The notes below the pieces were generated by a model. The model had not been told where the DNA came from. It did not search any database and saw only the letters and a list, made by a program, of their open reading frames with translations. A program made the translations under genes and the position numbers. This document shows positions 16,772 to 26,921 of a stretch of DNA of 64,000 bases, one piece after another. How positions within the stretch are numbered: position 1 is the stretch's first letter; each line of letters opens with the position of its first letter. Origin of the DNA: Holophagaceae bacterium (GTDB lineage Bacteria; Acidobacteriota; Holophagae; Holophagales; Holophagaceae); assembly GCA_021286765.1 (NCBI GenBank), contig JAJTBS010000004.1, positions 27,427-91,426 on the forward strand. Reading direction: 5' to 3'.

Positions 16772-17520
16772 GACCGGCCTCCCCGTCCGTTGGTATGGTC
16801 TTCAGCCTTGGCCACGTCGTCGCGGCGGGCGGTGATCCAATGAACCCCGAAGAGGAACGCGCCCCAGACACCGACGAAATTGGGAATGTTGGAGAGCACC
16901 TGCCAGGTGCGCTGGGCGGGTGGGTCCGACGGAAGGTTCGTCTTCATCCCCAGCTTCTCGAAGGGGATGTTCGAGATCATCAGCACCGAGGTTCCGCCTG
17001 TTTCCGCGAGGCCGTAGATGTGATCCACATAGGCGCCGGGCTTCGACCGGATGCGGGTCCGCGCCTCCCAGATCAGGTCCTCCTTCTTGCCGAAGGTGGT
17101 GGCTTCCGCCGGGCAGGCCGCCGCGCAAGCCGTGGGCTGCCCATCCTTGACCCGGCCAGCGCACATGATGCACTTGCCGATGACGGGCACGGGGCGATCC
17201 CACTGATACTTCGGAATCTCGTAGGGGCAAGCCATCATGCAGTAGCGGCAGCCCATGCAGCGTTCGCTGTCGTAGACCACCGGACCTTCAGGCGTCTTCT
17301 TCAGCGCCGCCACCGGGCAGACGGAAGCGCAGGTCGGTACTTCGCAGTGCATGCAGAGGCGGCGGACGTTGAGCCCCTCACGTTCCTGAACCGTGGTCCA
17401 GGTGTAGGCAGTCAACACCTCCTCTACCTTGGCCGGTAGCTTGTTCTGCTCCTTGCATGCGGAGCTGCAAGCGCCGCAACCAATACAGCGCGTAGCGTCA
17501 ATGAGAAGGCCCATGCCCAT
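16768..17520 (-). CDS. HybA/FdnH-like 4x[4Fe-4S] ferredoxin subunit with C-terminal TM anchor
   Basis: Four Cys groups (CIGCGAC..AC, CMHC..P.CASVCP, CMGCRYCM.ACP, KCIMC...P.C..ACP), YG..E.GGT, C-terminal hydrophobic helix; AGGAG SD; no twin-Arg leader. Confidence 0.92.
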   Translation of the reverse strand: MGMGLLIDATRCIGCGACSSACKEQNKLPAKVEEVLTAYTWTTVQEREGLNVRRLCMHCEVPTCASVCPVAALKKTPEGPVVYDSERCMGCRYCMMACPYEIPKYQWDRPVPVIGKCIMCAGRVKDGQPTACAAACPAEATTFGKKEDLIWEARTRIRSKPGAYVDHIYGLAETGGTSVLMISNIPFEKLGMKTNLPSDPPAQRTWQVLSNIPNFVGVWGAFLFGVHWITARRDDVAKAEDHTNGRGGRS

Positions 17521-17576
17521 GGGTGCTCCTGCCTTGTCAATCGACCTCGGGAGGAATTCCCGGGGGTACGGCTGGA

Positions 17577-17605
17577 AGCATGCACTCGGGTTTTTCTATA
17601 GTCAA
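17577..17605 (-). promoter_or_regulatory. Candidate sigma70-type promoter for the hybA-like cluster
   Basis: Minus strand reads TTGACT-N17-CATGCT about 60-85 nt upstream of the start codon; the -10 match is weak. Confidence 0.3.
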
Positions 17606-17927
17606 CCCCTTGGTAGTAATTAAAAACGACATCATTGTCATTAGTAAGAATCGCGCCGGAGCGGCCTGGCAAATACTGGACTCTCAGGTATTTTCACTTT
17701 TCTTCGAATAGCCGCCTCGCAGGTCCTCTTGCTTGCTCTGATACACGCGAATTGAGGCTTTTGAGATCGACGAATTTCAAACTCATGAGACATCTTCGTC
17801 CGCAGTGGAGCATGAATCGCCGGGGTGATTTCCGATCTGGCCATCTCAAAAATGAAGCCTCTGCGGCCCTCATGGCGCTTTCAATGCGACAAGGCACCGC
17901 CGGGGTGAAACCGGATTTCTAGAAAGG

Positions 17928-17955
17928 AAAGGGCCCCGCAACCGCGGGGCCCTTT
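17928..17955 (-). terminator. Rho-independent terminator after groEL
   Basis: AAAGGGCCCCGC-aacc-GCGGGGCCCTTT perfect stem; TTTCCTTTCT follows on the minus strand. Confidence 0.85.
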
Positions 17956-17979
17956 GACAAACCGCGAAACGCGGCTGAA

Positions 17980-19632
<1,653 letters not shown>

Positions 19633-19920
19633 TTAGCCGACGATCGCGAGAATCTCGTCTTCGCGAACGATGACGTGGTCGATGCCGTCGATCTTCACTT
19701 CGGTGCCGCTGTACTTGCCGATCAGGACCTTCTGGCCGGCCTTGACGGACATGGGGTTGCGGGTGCCGTTCTCGTTGATCTTGCCTTCGCCGACGGCCAC
19801 CACCTCGGCCTCCATGGGCTTCTCCTTGGCGGTGTCGGGGATGATGATGCCGCCCTTGACGACTTCGGCGGGGTCGACGCGCTTCAGCACGACGCGATCG
19901 GACAGGGGCTGGATGGCCAT
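19633..19920 (-). CDS. groES: Co-chaperonin GroES
   Basis: MAIQPLSDRVV, GGIIIPDTAKEKP, KYSGTEVK, DILA-like end. Start at ATG 19920 with GGAGG SD. Confidence 0.98.
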   Translation of the reverse strand: MAIQPLSDRVVLKRVDPAEVVKGGIIIPDTAKEKPMEAEVVAVGEGKINENGTRNPMSVKAGQKVLIGKYSGTEVKIDGIDHVIVREDEILAIVG

Positions 19921-19964
19921 GGGACCTCCTTGAAAAGGATTGAGGTTGGAAACGATCGAGGCTG

Positions 19965-19991
19965 TTAGCACTCGCCAACAGCGAGTGCCAA
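19965..19991. promoter_or_regulatory. CIRCE element (HrcA operator)
   Basis: TTAGCACTC-gccaacagc-GAGTGCCAA, one mismatch from the consensus TTAGCACTC-N9-GAGTGCTAA, directly upstream of groES. Confidence 0.92.
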
Positions 19992-20134
19992 GTCTCCCAC
20001 CCTAGGAGTGGGCAAGTCAAGCCCCATTTCGTCGATTTGATAAAAATTTGATATTAAAGACGAAGATTTTCTTCGTCATGAATTAAAAATCGAAAGCCCC
20101 TGCGGAGGCCGCATAGGGGTGTAGCCTCAGATCC

Positions 20135-20833
20135 ATGGAACAACTCACCACCCTGCGCGACCTGCAAGCCACCTTGGATTACCTGGCCACCATCCAGCGT
20201 GAGCTGGCGGCCCTCCCGCCCGACCTGGCCGTCCTGGATGCCAGGGTCAAGGCCGCTGAGAAGCAGATCGCCGAGAAGACCAAGGCCCTGGACACCGCCA
20301 AGGCCCAGATCGCAGTGAAGTCGAAGGAGTTCCTTCAGGCTCAGAAGGAGGAGGACCGGGCCCGGGCGGCTGTGAAGGCCACCAGTCAGAAGCTGCAGTA
20401 CACCGCCGCCATCCGCGAATTGGACGAAAAGGAGCGCCTCAAGGCCGCCGTGTCCAAGCCGCTCAAGGCCCTGGAGGTCACCTCCCAGACTCTGGAGCAG
20501 GCCCTCAGCGCTCTGGAAACTGAACGCGCTGCCGCACAGGCCCAGTTCGACGAGCTGCATGCAATCTTCCTGGAGGAACACGCCAACCAGGTGGAGGGCC
20601 GCAAGCAGCTCCTGGCCAAGAAGGCGCAGCTGGAGGCGAAACTGCCCCCACCTGAAGTGGCCCGCTTCCACCGCCTGGCCAGCGCCCGCCAGGGCCGGGC
20701 CGTGGTCGTGGTCGAGAACGGCGCCTGCTCCGGCTGCAACGTGAAGCTCCGCGGCCCGATGCTCTTCCAGCTGAAGGAAGGCAAGGCCCTGGTCACTTGC
20801 GAATCCTGCCAGCGGGTCCTCTTCCTGCCGTGA
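20135..20833 (+). CDS. Coiled-coil protein with C-terminal C4 zinc ribbon (DUF164/CT398-like)
   Basis: Long heptad-rich helix followed by G.AVV.V.NGACSGC...CESCQRVLF. Confidence 0.88.
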   Translation: MEQLTTLRDLQATLDYLATIQRELAALPPDLAVLDARVKAAEKQIAEKTKALDTAKAQIAVKSKEFLQAQKEEDRARAAVKATSQKLQYTAAIRELDEKERLKAAVSKPLKALEVTSQTLEQALSALETERAAAQAQFDELHAIFLEEHANQVEGRKQLLAKKAQLEAKLPPPEVARFHRLASARQGRAVVVVENGACSGCNVKLRGPMLFQLKEGKALVTCESCQRVLFLP

Positions 20834-21495
20834 GCCTCCCTCAGCGCATCGAGGGCCTGCGGGCCCGCATCCACCGCGCCTGCGAGGCTGCCGGCCGGGA
20901 TCCAGGCACCGTCGAGCTGCTGCCCGTCTCCAAGAAGCAACCGCTGGCCCTCATCCGGGAAGCTGCGGACCTGGGCTTCTCGCGCTTCGGCGAGAACTAT
21001 GTGCAGGAGGGCGCCGACAAGGCCACGGCCCTGCCCGAGCTCAGCTTCGCGCTGTTGGGCCCCCTCCAGCGCAACAAGGCCAGGCCGGCCCTGCAGCACT
21101 TCACCGAGATCCAGAGCCTTGACCGCCCCGAGCTGGCCGAGCGCCTGCGCCGCCTGGCCGAAGAGCTGGGCGTAATCCGGCCCGTGTGGATCCAGGTGGA
21201 TCTCTGGGACGAGGCCACGAAGCTGGGCGGCTGCACCGGGGCGGACCTGCCGACGCTGATCGAGGCCCTGGGCAACGATGCGCGCCTGCCCCTGCGCGGC
21301 CTCATGGCCATCCCCCCGCCTGAAGACGAGGGCGCCTTCGCCCAGATGGCCGCCCTGCGCGACCGCCTGCAGCAGGACCTGGGCCGGTCCCTGCGCCTGA
21401 GCATGGGCATGAGCGATGACCTCGAGGCCGCCATCGCTGCGGGCACCGACCAGATCCGCATCGGTACCGCGTTCTTCGGAGAACGCACCCGCTAA
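20830..21495 (+). CDS. yggS: YggS-family pyridoxal phosphate homeostasis protein
   Basis: LLPVSKKQ, FGENYVQE, G.LQRNK, LRGLMAIP, LSMGMS.D...AI..G...IRIGT..FG. GTG start overlaps the upstream stop. Confidence 0.93.
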   Translation: MSLPQRIEGLRARIHRACEAAGRDPGTVELLPVSKKQPLALIREAADLGFSRFGENYVQEGADKATALPELSFALLGPLQRNKARPALQHFTEIQSLDRPELAERLRRLAEELGVIRPVWIQVDLWDEATKLGGCTGADLPTLIEALGNDARLPLRGLMAIPPPEDEGAFAQMAALRDRLQQDLGRSLRLSMGMSDDLEAAIAAGTDQIRIGTAFFGERTR

Positions 21496-21581
21496 GGCGA
21501 GAGACCGGCTTTCCCTGGGGTAGGGCCTCGCGGCCCCCTGCGCCTTCATGGTTCGATGCTTCATCAGCCCCTGGAGCCTTC

Positions 21582-22007
21582 ATGACCACCCTCAAGACCG
21601 CCACGGCCACCCTGCCTGTCTCCGCAGACGCGCTCTACGCCTTCCTTTCCGATCTGTCGAAGCACCGCGCCTTCCTGGAGCCCGCCGCCATGAACTTCCA
21701 GGGCACGGCGGACTCGCACAGCTACGTCATCGAGGTCATGGGCATGAAGATGCCCCAGGAACTCGTCGTGAAGGAGCGCGTGCCCGGCCAGCGCGTGGTG
21801 CTGGTCCCCGGCGCCAAGAAGCTGTTCGACCACGAACTGCGCTTCGAGATCGCGCCGAGCGGCGAGGGCAGCACCCTCCGCCTGGTGGATGAGGCCGACA
21901 TCCCCATGATGATGCAGATGATGGGCGCCGAAAAGCTGCTGCAGGCCCAGCTCGACAGCGGCTTGGCCCGCATCCAGGATCTGGCGGCGAACGGCAAACT
22001 CACCTAG
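21582..22007 (+). CDS. SRPBCC/START-like small protein
   Basis: 141 aa with host-like codon usage; strand-helix-strands-long C-terminal helix pattern similar to CoxG/SRPBCC. Confidence 0.55.
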   Translation: MTTLKTATATLPVSADALYAFLSDLSKHRAFLEPAAMNFQGTADSHSYVIEVMGMKMPQELVVKERVPGQRVVLVPGAKKLFDHELRFEIAPSGEGSTLRLVDEADIPMMMQMMGAEKLLQAQLDSGLARIQDLAANGKLT

Positions 22008-22054
22008 GAAAGCGCAGACAGAACGGGCAGCCTGCGGCATTCTGGGGCATTCCC

Positions 22055-23791
22055 ATGCGCACCCTGCCGGTCTTCTTTGCCCTCGCGCTGGCGCCTCTCC
22101 AGTGCCAGGTGCGAGAGGTGCGCACCACGGCCAAGGACCGCACCTCCCTCAGCGTCACCATCTACCAGAGCGGCCTCGCCGCCATCCGCGACACCCGCCG
22201 CGTAAACCTGCCCGCAGGTCCCAGCCGCCTGGCCTTCGCGGACCTGATGCCCAGTCTGCGGCCCAAGAGCGCCACCCTGCGCGATCCTGGCGGTGGGCTC
22301 CAGGTGCGCGAGCGCAACTACGAGTTCAACCTGCTCAGCCCCGCCTCGTTGGTGGAGGCCAGCCTGGGCTTGCCCGTGCGGGTAAAAGGGGAGAACGGGA
22401 AGGCCGACCAGCACGGGACTCTGGCATCGTCGCCATTGCTGAATCCCAGGCTGCGGCCCGATGCCAAGCCCCTTGACCGCATCGCGCGAAGGCCAAGTGC
22501 CTTCATCCAACCACCCGATCCCAATGTACTGGTGGTGACCCCCGAGGGCCTTGCGAGCCATGCTCCCGGACGCCTTGCCTTCAGTCAGGTGCCGCACCAT
22601 CTCCTCGCCTCCCCAACCCTGGTCCAGGATTTGGTCACCCAGGCACCGGAATCTCTGGACCTCACCTTGCTCTACACCGCCACCGGCCTGGCCTGGACCG
22701 CCCACTACGTGGCCACCCTGGACATGGACGGGACCCACCTCGATCTGGATGCATTTGCTACGGTTCAGAACGAGGGCGATCAGGCGCTTCCCGATACCAA
22801 CCTGCAACTGCTAGCGGGTGACCCCAACATCGTCTACGAACCGCCCGTAGCCGACCCGAGCACACCATCAACGGACCAAACTCAAGTCGTAGAGGTGCTT
22901 GCCACGGCCGTGGCTGGCCCCCCCGTCTTCAAGGAAGAAAAGCTGTCCGAATACCCCGTGTTCACCTTGGACCGTCCGGTCACCCTCGCCCCGCGAGCGA
23001 ACAAGCAGCTGAAATTGATGTCTGCGGCGCATGTTCCAGTCAAGCAGACCTTCCTTCTCGAGGCGCCGTACCAGGACTATGGTGCCTCTCCGACGACTTT
23101 TGTGGGCTCTGCCCTCTTTCAGCTCGAGCCCCCCACATTCGCGTTCTCGCCAGTTCCTCAGCGCTGGAGAACCCTTGAAGTCGAGGGGGACTCCCTCAGT
23201 GAACTCCCACCCTCCAGCATGCAGCGCATCAACCAGGAGGTGGAGCACGACCAATGGGTGGCCTGCCACCACCCCCCCGTGCGCCGGATGGGCAATGTCC
23301 CCAACACAGCGGCCTCCGGCCTCGGCCGGGCCCTGCCCAAGGGCTCTATCCTGCTGCGCTACCAGGATCCTTCCGGGGCCCTGGTCCTGCTTGGCGGCGG
23401 CCAAAACCAGGAGGCGGAGTTCCCCCCAACCCCCACGGGGGAGACGATCGAGCTTGTGCTTGGCCCGGCCCGGGGCTTCCGAGTGACGCGACGTGGCACC
23501 TTCCAGAGGGCCCTCCCGACGGCCCCGATCATGGACGACCAGGGACGGACGTGCCCCCGGCGTCAGTATGAATACGGGGTAGAGGTCCGGATCCATAACT
23601 CACTTGGGTCGGAGACCATGGTCACCGTCCGGGAACCCGTCACAGCGGGATGGGAGGTGCTGTCCTCCAGCCAGCCCGGCCACCGCTCTGGCGCGGATGC
23701 CTATGATTTCCAGGTCCGCATCCCCTCTAGGGGCCAGGCCACCCTCACCTACACCGCGCGAACGGACCTTGAACAGTGGGGCCCGGAATGA
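22055..23791 (+). CDS. DUF4140/DUF4139-domain exported protein, divergent paralog 1
   Basis: LSVTIYQ..LA.IRDTR, ERNYEFNLLSP.SL, L.Y.A.GL.W.A.YVA, L.L.AGD, EE..SEY..FTL.RP.TL, paralogous to the next gene. Confidence 0.85.
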   Translation: MRTLPVFFALALAPLQCQVREVRTTAKDRTSLSVTIYQSGLAAIRDTRRVNLPAGPSRLAFADLMPSLRPKSATLRDPGGGLQVRERNYEFNLLSPASLVEASLGLPVRVKGENGKADQHGTLASSPLLNPRLRPDAKPLDRIARRPSAFIQPPDPNVLVVTPEGLASHAPGRLAFSQVPHHLLASPTLVQDLVTQAPESLDLTLLYTATGLAWTAHYVATLDMDGTHLDLDAFATVQNEGDQALPDTNLQLLAGDPNIVYEPPVADPSTPSTDQTQVVEVLATAVAGPPVFKEEKLSEYPVFTLDRPVTLAPRANKQLKLMSAAHVPVKQTFLLEAPYQDYGASPTTFVGSALFQLEPPTFAFSPVPQRWRTLEVEGDSLSELPPSSMQRINQEVEHDQWVACHHPPVRRMGNVPNTAASGLGRALPKGSILLRYQDPSGALVLLGGGQNQEAEFPPTPTGETIELVLGPARGFRVTRRGTFQRALPTAPIMDDQGRTCPRRQYEYGVEVRIHNSLGSETMVTVREPVTAGWEVLSSSQPGHRSGADAYDFQVRIPSRGQATLTYTARTDLEQWGPE

Positions 23792-23878
23792 CGCTGGCGC
23801 GCTTGAAAGGATTTCCCCGTTCCCGACATCACCAGGTAGTGGGCCGCTAGCTGGCCCGTCACCCACCCCGGAGGTCCC

Positions 23879-25312
23879 ATGCGCTCAACCCTGCTCCTCG
23901 CCGCCCTGCCTTCGCTCCTGGTCGCCCAGGAGACATCCACCACGCTGAAGGATCAGAAGGCGCTGGCGGTGACGATCTACAACGACAACCTGGCCCTGGT
24001 GAAGGACACGCGGGAGGTGCGGCTGCCCAAGGGGGAGGCGCGGCTGGCCTTCCAGGAGGTGTCGGCGCAGATCCGGCCCGAGACAGCCCTGCTGCGGAAC
24101 CTCACCCACCCGAAAGATTTCTGGGTGGCGGAGCAGAACTTCGACTTCGACCTACTCACGCCCCAGAAGCTGCTGGAGAAGTATGTGGGGGAGAAGGTCA
24201 CCATCGTGCGCAGTGTGCCCAATGCCGAGGGCGCCGGCTCCAAGGAGGTGCGCGAGGAGGCCACGGTGCTGGCCACCAACAATGGCACGGTGCTGCAGTT
24301 CGCCGACCGCATCGAGACCAGCATCCCAGGTCGAATCGTGTACTCCAAGGTGCCTGGCAACCTGCGGGCCCGGCCCACGCTGGTGATCAGCCTAAACAGT
24401 GGCGTGGAGAAGGCCCAGCAGCTGGAGCTGAGCTACCTCACAGGCGGCCTCTCCTGGCGCGCCGACTATGTGGCCAACCTGTCTTCGGACGAGAAGGCCC
24501 TGGATCTCAGCGGCTGGGTGACCCTCACCAATCAGAGCGGCGCCGCCTATCCCAATGCCACGCTTCAGTTGGTCGCGGGGGACGTGAACCGGGTACGGGA
24601 GCGGCGCATGGACAACGTGGCCTTCCTCTCGGCGGGCGTGGCCAAGGCCGCCGCCCCAGCGCCGAAGATGGCCGAGGAGAGCCTCTTCGAATACCACCTC
24701 TACACCCTGGATCGCCCCACCACCCTGGCCGTGAACCAGACCAAGCAGGTGGCCCTGCTCAGCGCCAGCGGCGTGCCGGTGCGCAAGGAATACCTGCTGC
24801 AAGGCCAGAACCACTACTACTCCGGCAGCTACGGCGACCTGGGCGAGAAGCAGAAGGTGGGCGTATTCGTGGAGTTCGACAACAAGGAGTCCAGCCGCCT
24901 GGGCATGCCCCTGCCCAAGGGCATCATCCGCGTCTACAAGCGCGACGGCGAGGGCCGCGCCCAGTTCGTGGGCGAGGACAACGTGGACCACACCCCCAAG
25001 AACGAGTTGGTGCGCCTGAAGCTGGGCGATGCCTTCGATGTCACGGCCAAGCGGAAACAGACCGACTTCAAGAGCCTGGGCCGCCAGGGGAAGTTCGGTT
25101 ACGTGTATGAATCCGCTTTCGAGGTGGAGCTGAAGAACGCCAAGAAGGAGGCCGTCACCGTGAACCTCCTGGAGCCCATGCCCGGGGACTGGGAGGTGCT
25201 GCAGAGCAGCCAGCCCGCCATCAAGGAGGCCTCGGGCACCGCCCGCTTCAAGGTCACGGTGCCCGCCGAGGGCCGCGCCTCACTGACCTACCGGGTGCGG
25301 GTGAGGTGGTAG
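23879..25312 (+). CDS. DUF4140/DUF4139-domain exported protein, paralog 2
   Basis: Signal peptide; AVTIYNDNLALVKD.R, EQNFDFDLL, LSYLTGGLSW.ADY, EYHLYTL.RPTTL, LG.PLP.G..RVY, GED...HTP. Confidence 0.92.
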   Translation: MRSTLLLAALPSLLVAQETSTTLKDQKALAVTIYNDNLALVKDTREVRLPKGEARLAFQEVSAQIRPETALLRNLTHPKDFWVAEQNFDFDLLTPQKLLEKYVGEKVTIVRSVPNAEGAGSKEVREEATVLATNNGTVLQFADRIETSIPGRIVYSKVPGNLRARPTLVISLNSGVEKAQQLELSYLTGGLSWRADYVANLSSDEKALDLSGWVTLTNQSGAAYPNATLQLVAGDVNRVRERRMDNVAFLSAGVAKAAAPAPKMAEESLFEYHLYTLDRPTTLAVNQTKQVALLSASGVPVRKEYLLQGQNHYYSGSYGDLGEKQKVGVFVEFDNKESSRLGMPLPKGIIRVYKRDGEGRAQFVGEDNVDHTPKNELVRLKLGDAFDVTAKRKQTDFKSLGRQGKFGYVYESAFEVELKNAKKEAVTVNLLEPMPGDWEVLQSSQPAIKEASGTARFKVTVPAEGRASLTYRVRVRW

Positions 25313-25365
25313 GGACCGAACCCGTCCAGCCTGGCATGGCGGTACCTGCGCCATACTGAACCTCC

Positions 25366-26130
25366 ATGCCCCTGCCCGCCCGTTTCCTCGCCCGCCTGCG
25401 ACGCCTCCCGCTGCGCCTGCGCGGGCGGCTGGGTGGTGGAACGGAAGGACTGCATCCTTCGAAGCTCAAGGGGGCCGGACTGACCTTCGTGGAGAACCGG
25501 CCCTACGTGCCCGGCGACGATCCCCGCTTCATCAATTGGCCACTGACGGCGCGCACGGGCGAGCCGATCATGAAGCGCTTCGAGAGCAGCCGCGACCTGG
25601 TGCTCTGGCTGGTGGTGGATCCCTCGCCCTCCATGTTCCTGGGCGATCCCATCTCGCCACTTCGCTGGGCCCTGGAGCTCTGTGGGGCAGCCTTCGCCAC
25701 CTTGCAGGCCACGGGCGATCGCCTGGGCCTGATCGTGCCGGGCGACCACCGCACGCCACCTCTCCGCATCGCCCCCAAGCGCGGCCGCATCCATGGCCTG
25801 CGCCTCCTTGAGACCCTGGCGGAACGGGGCCCCGCGCTGCCCACCGAGGCCTCCTGGCGCGAGGCCCTGGGGCACTGGGGCGAGCACGGGAAGGGGCACC
25901 GGCTCTGGCTCTTCAGCAACGGCTCGGGGCTGCAGGGCGTGGCGCCGCTCCTGAAACCCCTGGCCGGGCGCCACCGGCTGGTGTGGTTCCAACCGGAAGA
26001 CCGCTCCGACCGGGGGGGCATGACCTGGCCCGATCCCGCCTTCAGCCCCGCCATCGAGCGGCAGCGCTGGGATCTGATGGACGATCCCGTGGTGAGGCTA
26101 AATGCCTGGCTCCGCGCGGGGGGCGCATGA
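25366..26130 (+). CDS. DUF58-domain protein (vWA-like)
   Basis: G...F...R.Y.PGDD.R.I.W..TAR.G....K.FE..R, VVD.SPSM, GDR.GL. Confidence 0.9.
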   Translation: MPLPARFLARLRRLPLRLRGRLGGGTEGLHPSKLKGAGLTFVENRPYVPGDDPRFINWPLTARTGEPIMKRFESSRDLVLWLVVDPSPSMFLGDPISPLRWALELCGAAFATLQATGDRLGLIVPGDHRTPPLRIAPKRGRIHGLRLLETLAERGPALPTEASWREALGHWGEHGKGHRLWLFSNGSGLQGVAPLLKPLAGRHRLVWFQPEDRSDRGGMTWPDPAFSPAIERQRWDLMDDPVVRLNAWLRAGGA

Positions 26131-26921
26131 AACACACTGGCCGCGGCGGCCTGGCGCTCGCCTGGGGGCTCTGGGCTCTGCCAGCCCTCGCCGCGCCCGC
26201 CTGGAAGACCCCGCCCCAGCCGAAGCTGGGCGAGTTGCTGGTGCTGGAACTGCGCGAGGAGGATCCCGCCAGCCCCGCACCCCCGCGTCCCACCGTGGAG
26301 GATCGCCTGGGGCCCCTGCACCTGCGTGCGCTGGAGCCGCTGCCGGATGGGCGCGGCTGGCGCTTCCAGGTGCAGGCACTGGAACCCGGCCTGGCCGTGG
26401 TGCCAGCCCTGGACCTGGGCAACGGCCAGCGCAGCCCGGAACTGCGCCTGTGGGTGCCCCGCAGCATCCCCTATGGAGGCCCCTGGGTGGGTTTCGGAGG
26501 GGGCAACGACGACCGCCTGCCGGCCATCCCCTTCCCCTGGGCCTGGGCCAGCCTGCTGCTGGTGCCACCCCTGGCCCTCGCTGCCTGGGGGCTTCGCCGC
26601 TGGCGGCGGGGCTCGGCCCAGCGCCGGCTGGTCCATGCGATCCGCGCTTTCCAGCACCACTGGCCCCCATCCGACCGCGACCGGACCACGCTGGATGCCG
26701 CCCACGGCCTGGGCCGGGAATTGCTGGCCGCACGCTTTGGCGAGGAGGCTCGGGCCTGGGGCGCGCCAGATCTCCAGGACCGCGCCCTGGGCCCCTGGGT
26801 GCTGTGGCTCCGCAGCCTGGATGCGGCCCGCTTTGGGCGTTCCGAGCCGCCATTCCCCTCCGCGGAGCAGCTGGTGGCCGTGATCCATGCGGCGAAGGCC
26901 CCAGCCGGGGGTAGGCCATGA
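26127..26921 (+). CDS. Hypothetical membrane protein, position equivalent to the BatD-like gene of Bat clusters
   Basis: Start at ATG 26127 overlapping the DUF58 stop (ATGA); signal-like N-terminus, Ig-like middle, central TM. Confidence 0.65.
   Translation: MKHTGRGGLALAWGLWALPALAAPAWKTPPQPKLGELLVLELREEDPASPAPPRPTVEDRLGPLHLRALEPLPDGRGWRFQVQALEPGLAVVPALDLGNGQRSPELRLWVPRSIPYGGPWVGFGGGNDDRLPAIPFPWAWASLLLVPPLALAAWGLRRWRRGSAQRRLVHAIRAFQHHWPPSDRDRTTLDAAHGLGRELLAARFGEEARAWGAPDLQDRALGPWVLWLRSLDAARFGRSEPPFPSAEQLVAVIHAAKAPAGGRP

Noticed and set aside
17523-17922. Short ORFs upstream of the hybA-like gene that might encode a missing subunit or Tat leader
   Set aside because: AT-rich, no SD-linked start, no RR, Cys or heme motifs; the region reads as regulatory DNA.
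19991-20020. groES sigma70 promoter (TTGACT with GAGACT at 18-bp spacing)
   Set aside because: The -10 match is too weak to call from sequence alone.
22046-22057. Recurrent ATTCCCATG before several start codons (22055, 34363, 63607)
   Set aside because: Best explained as an ordinary SD plus pyrimidine spacer, and too short to be a distinct element.
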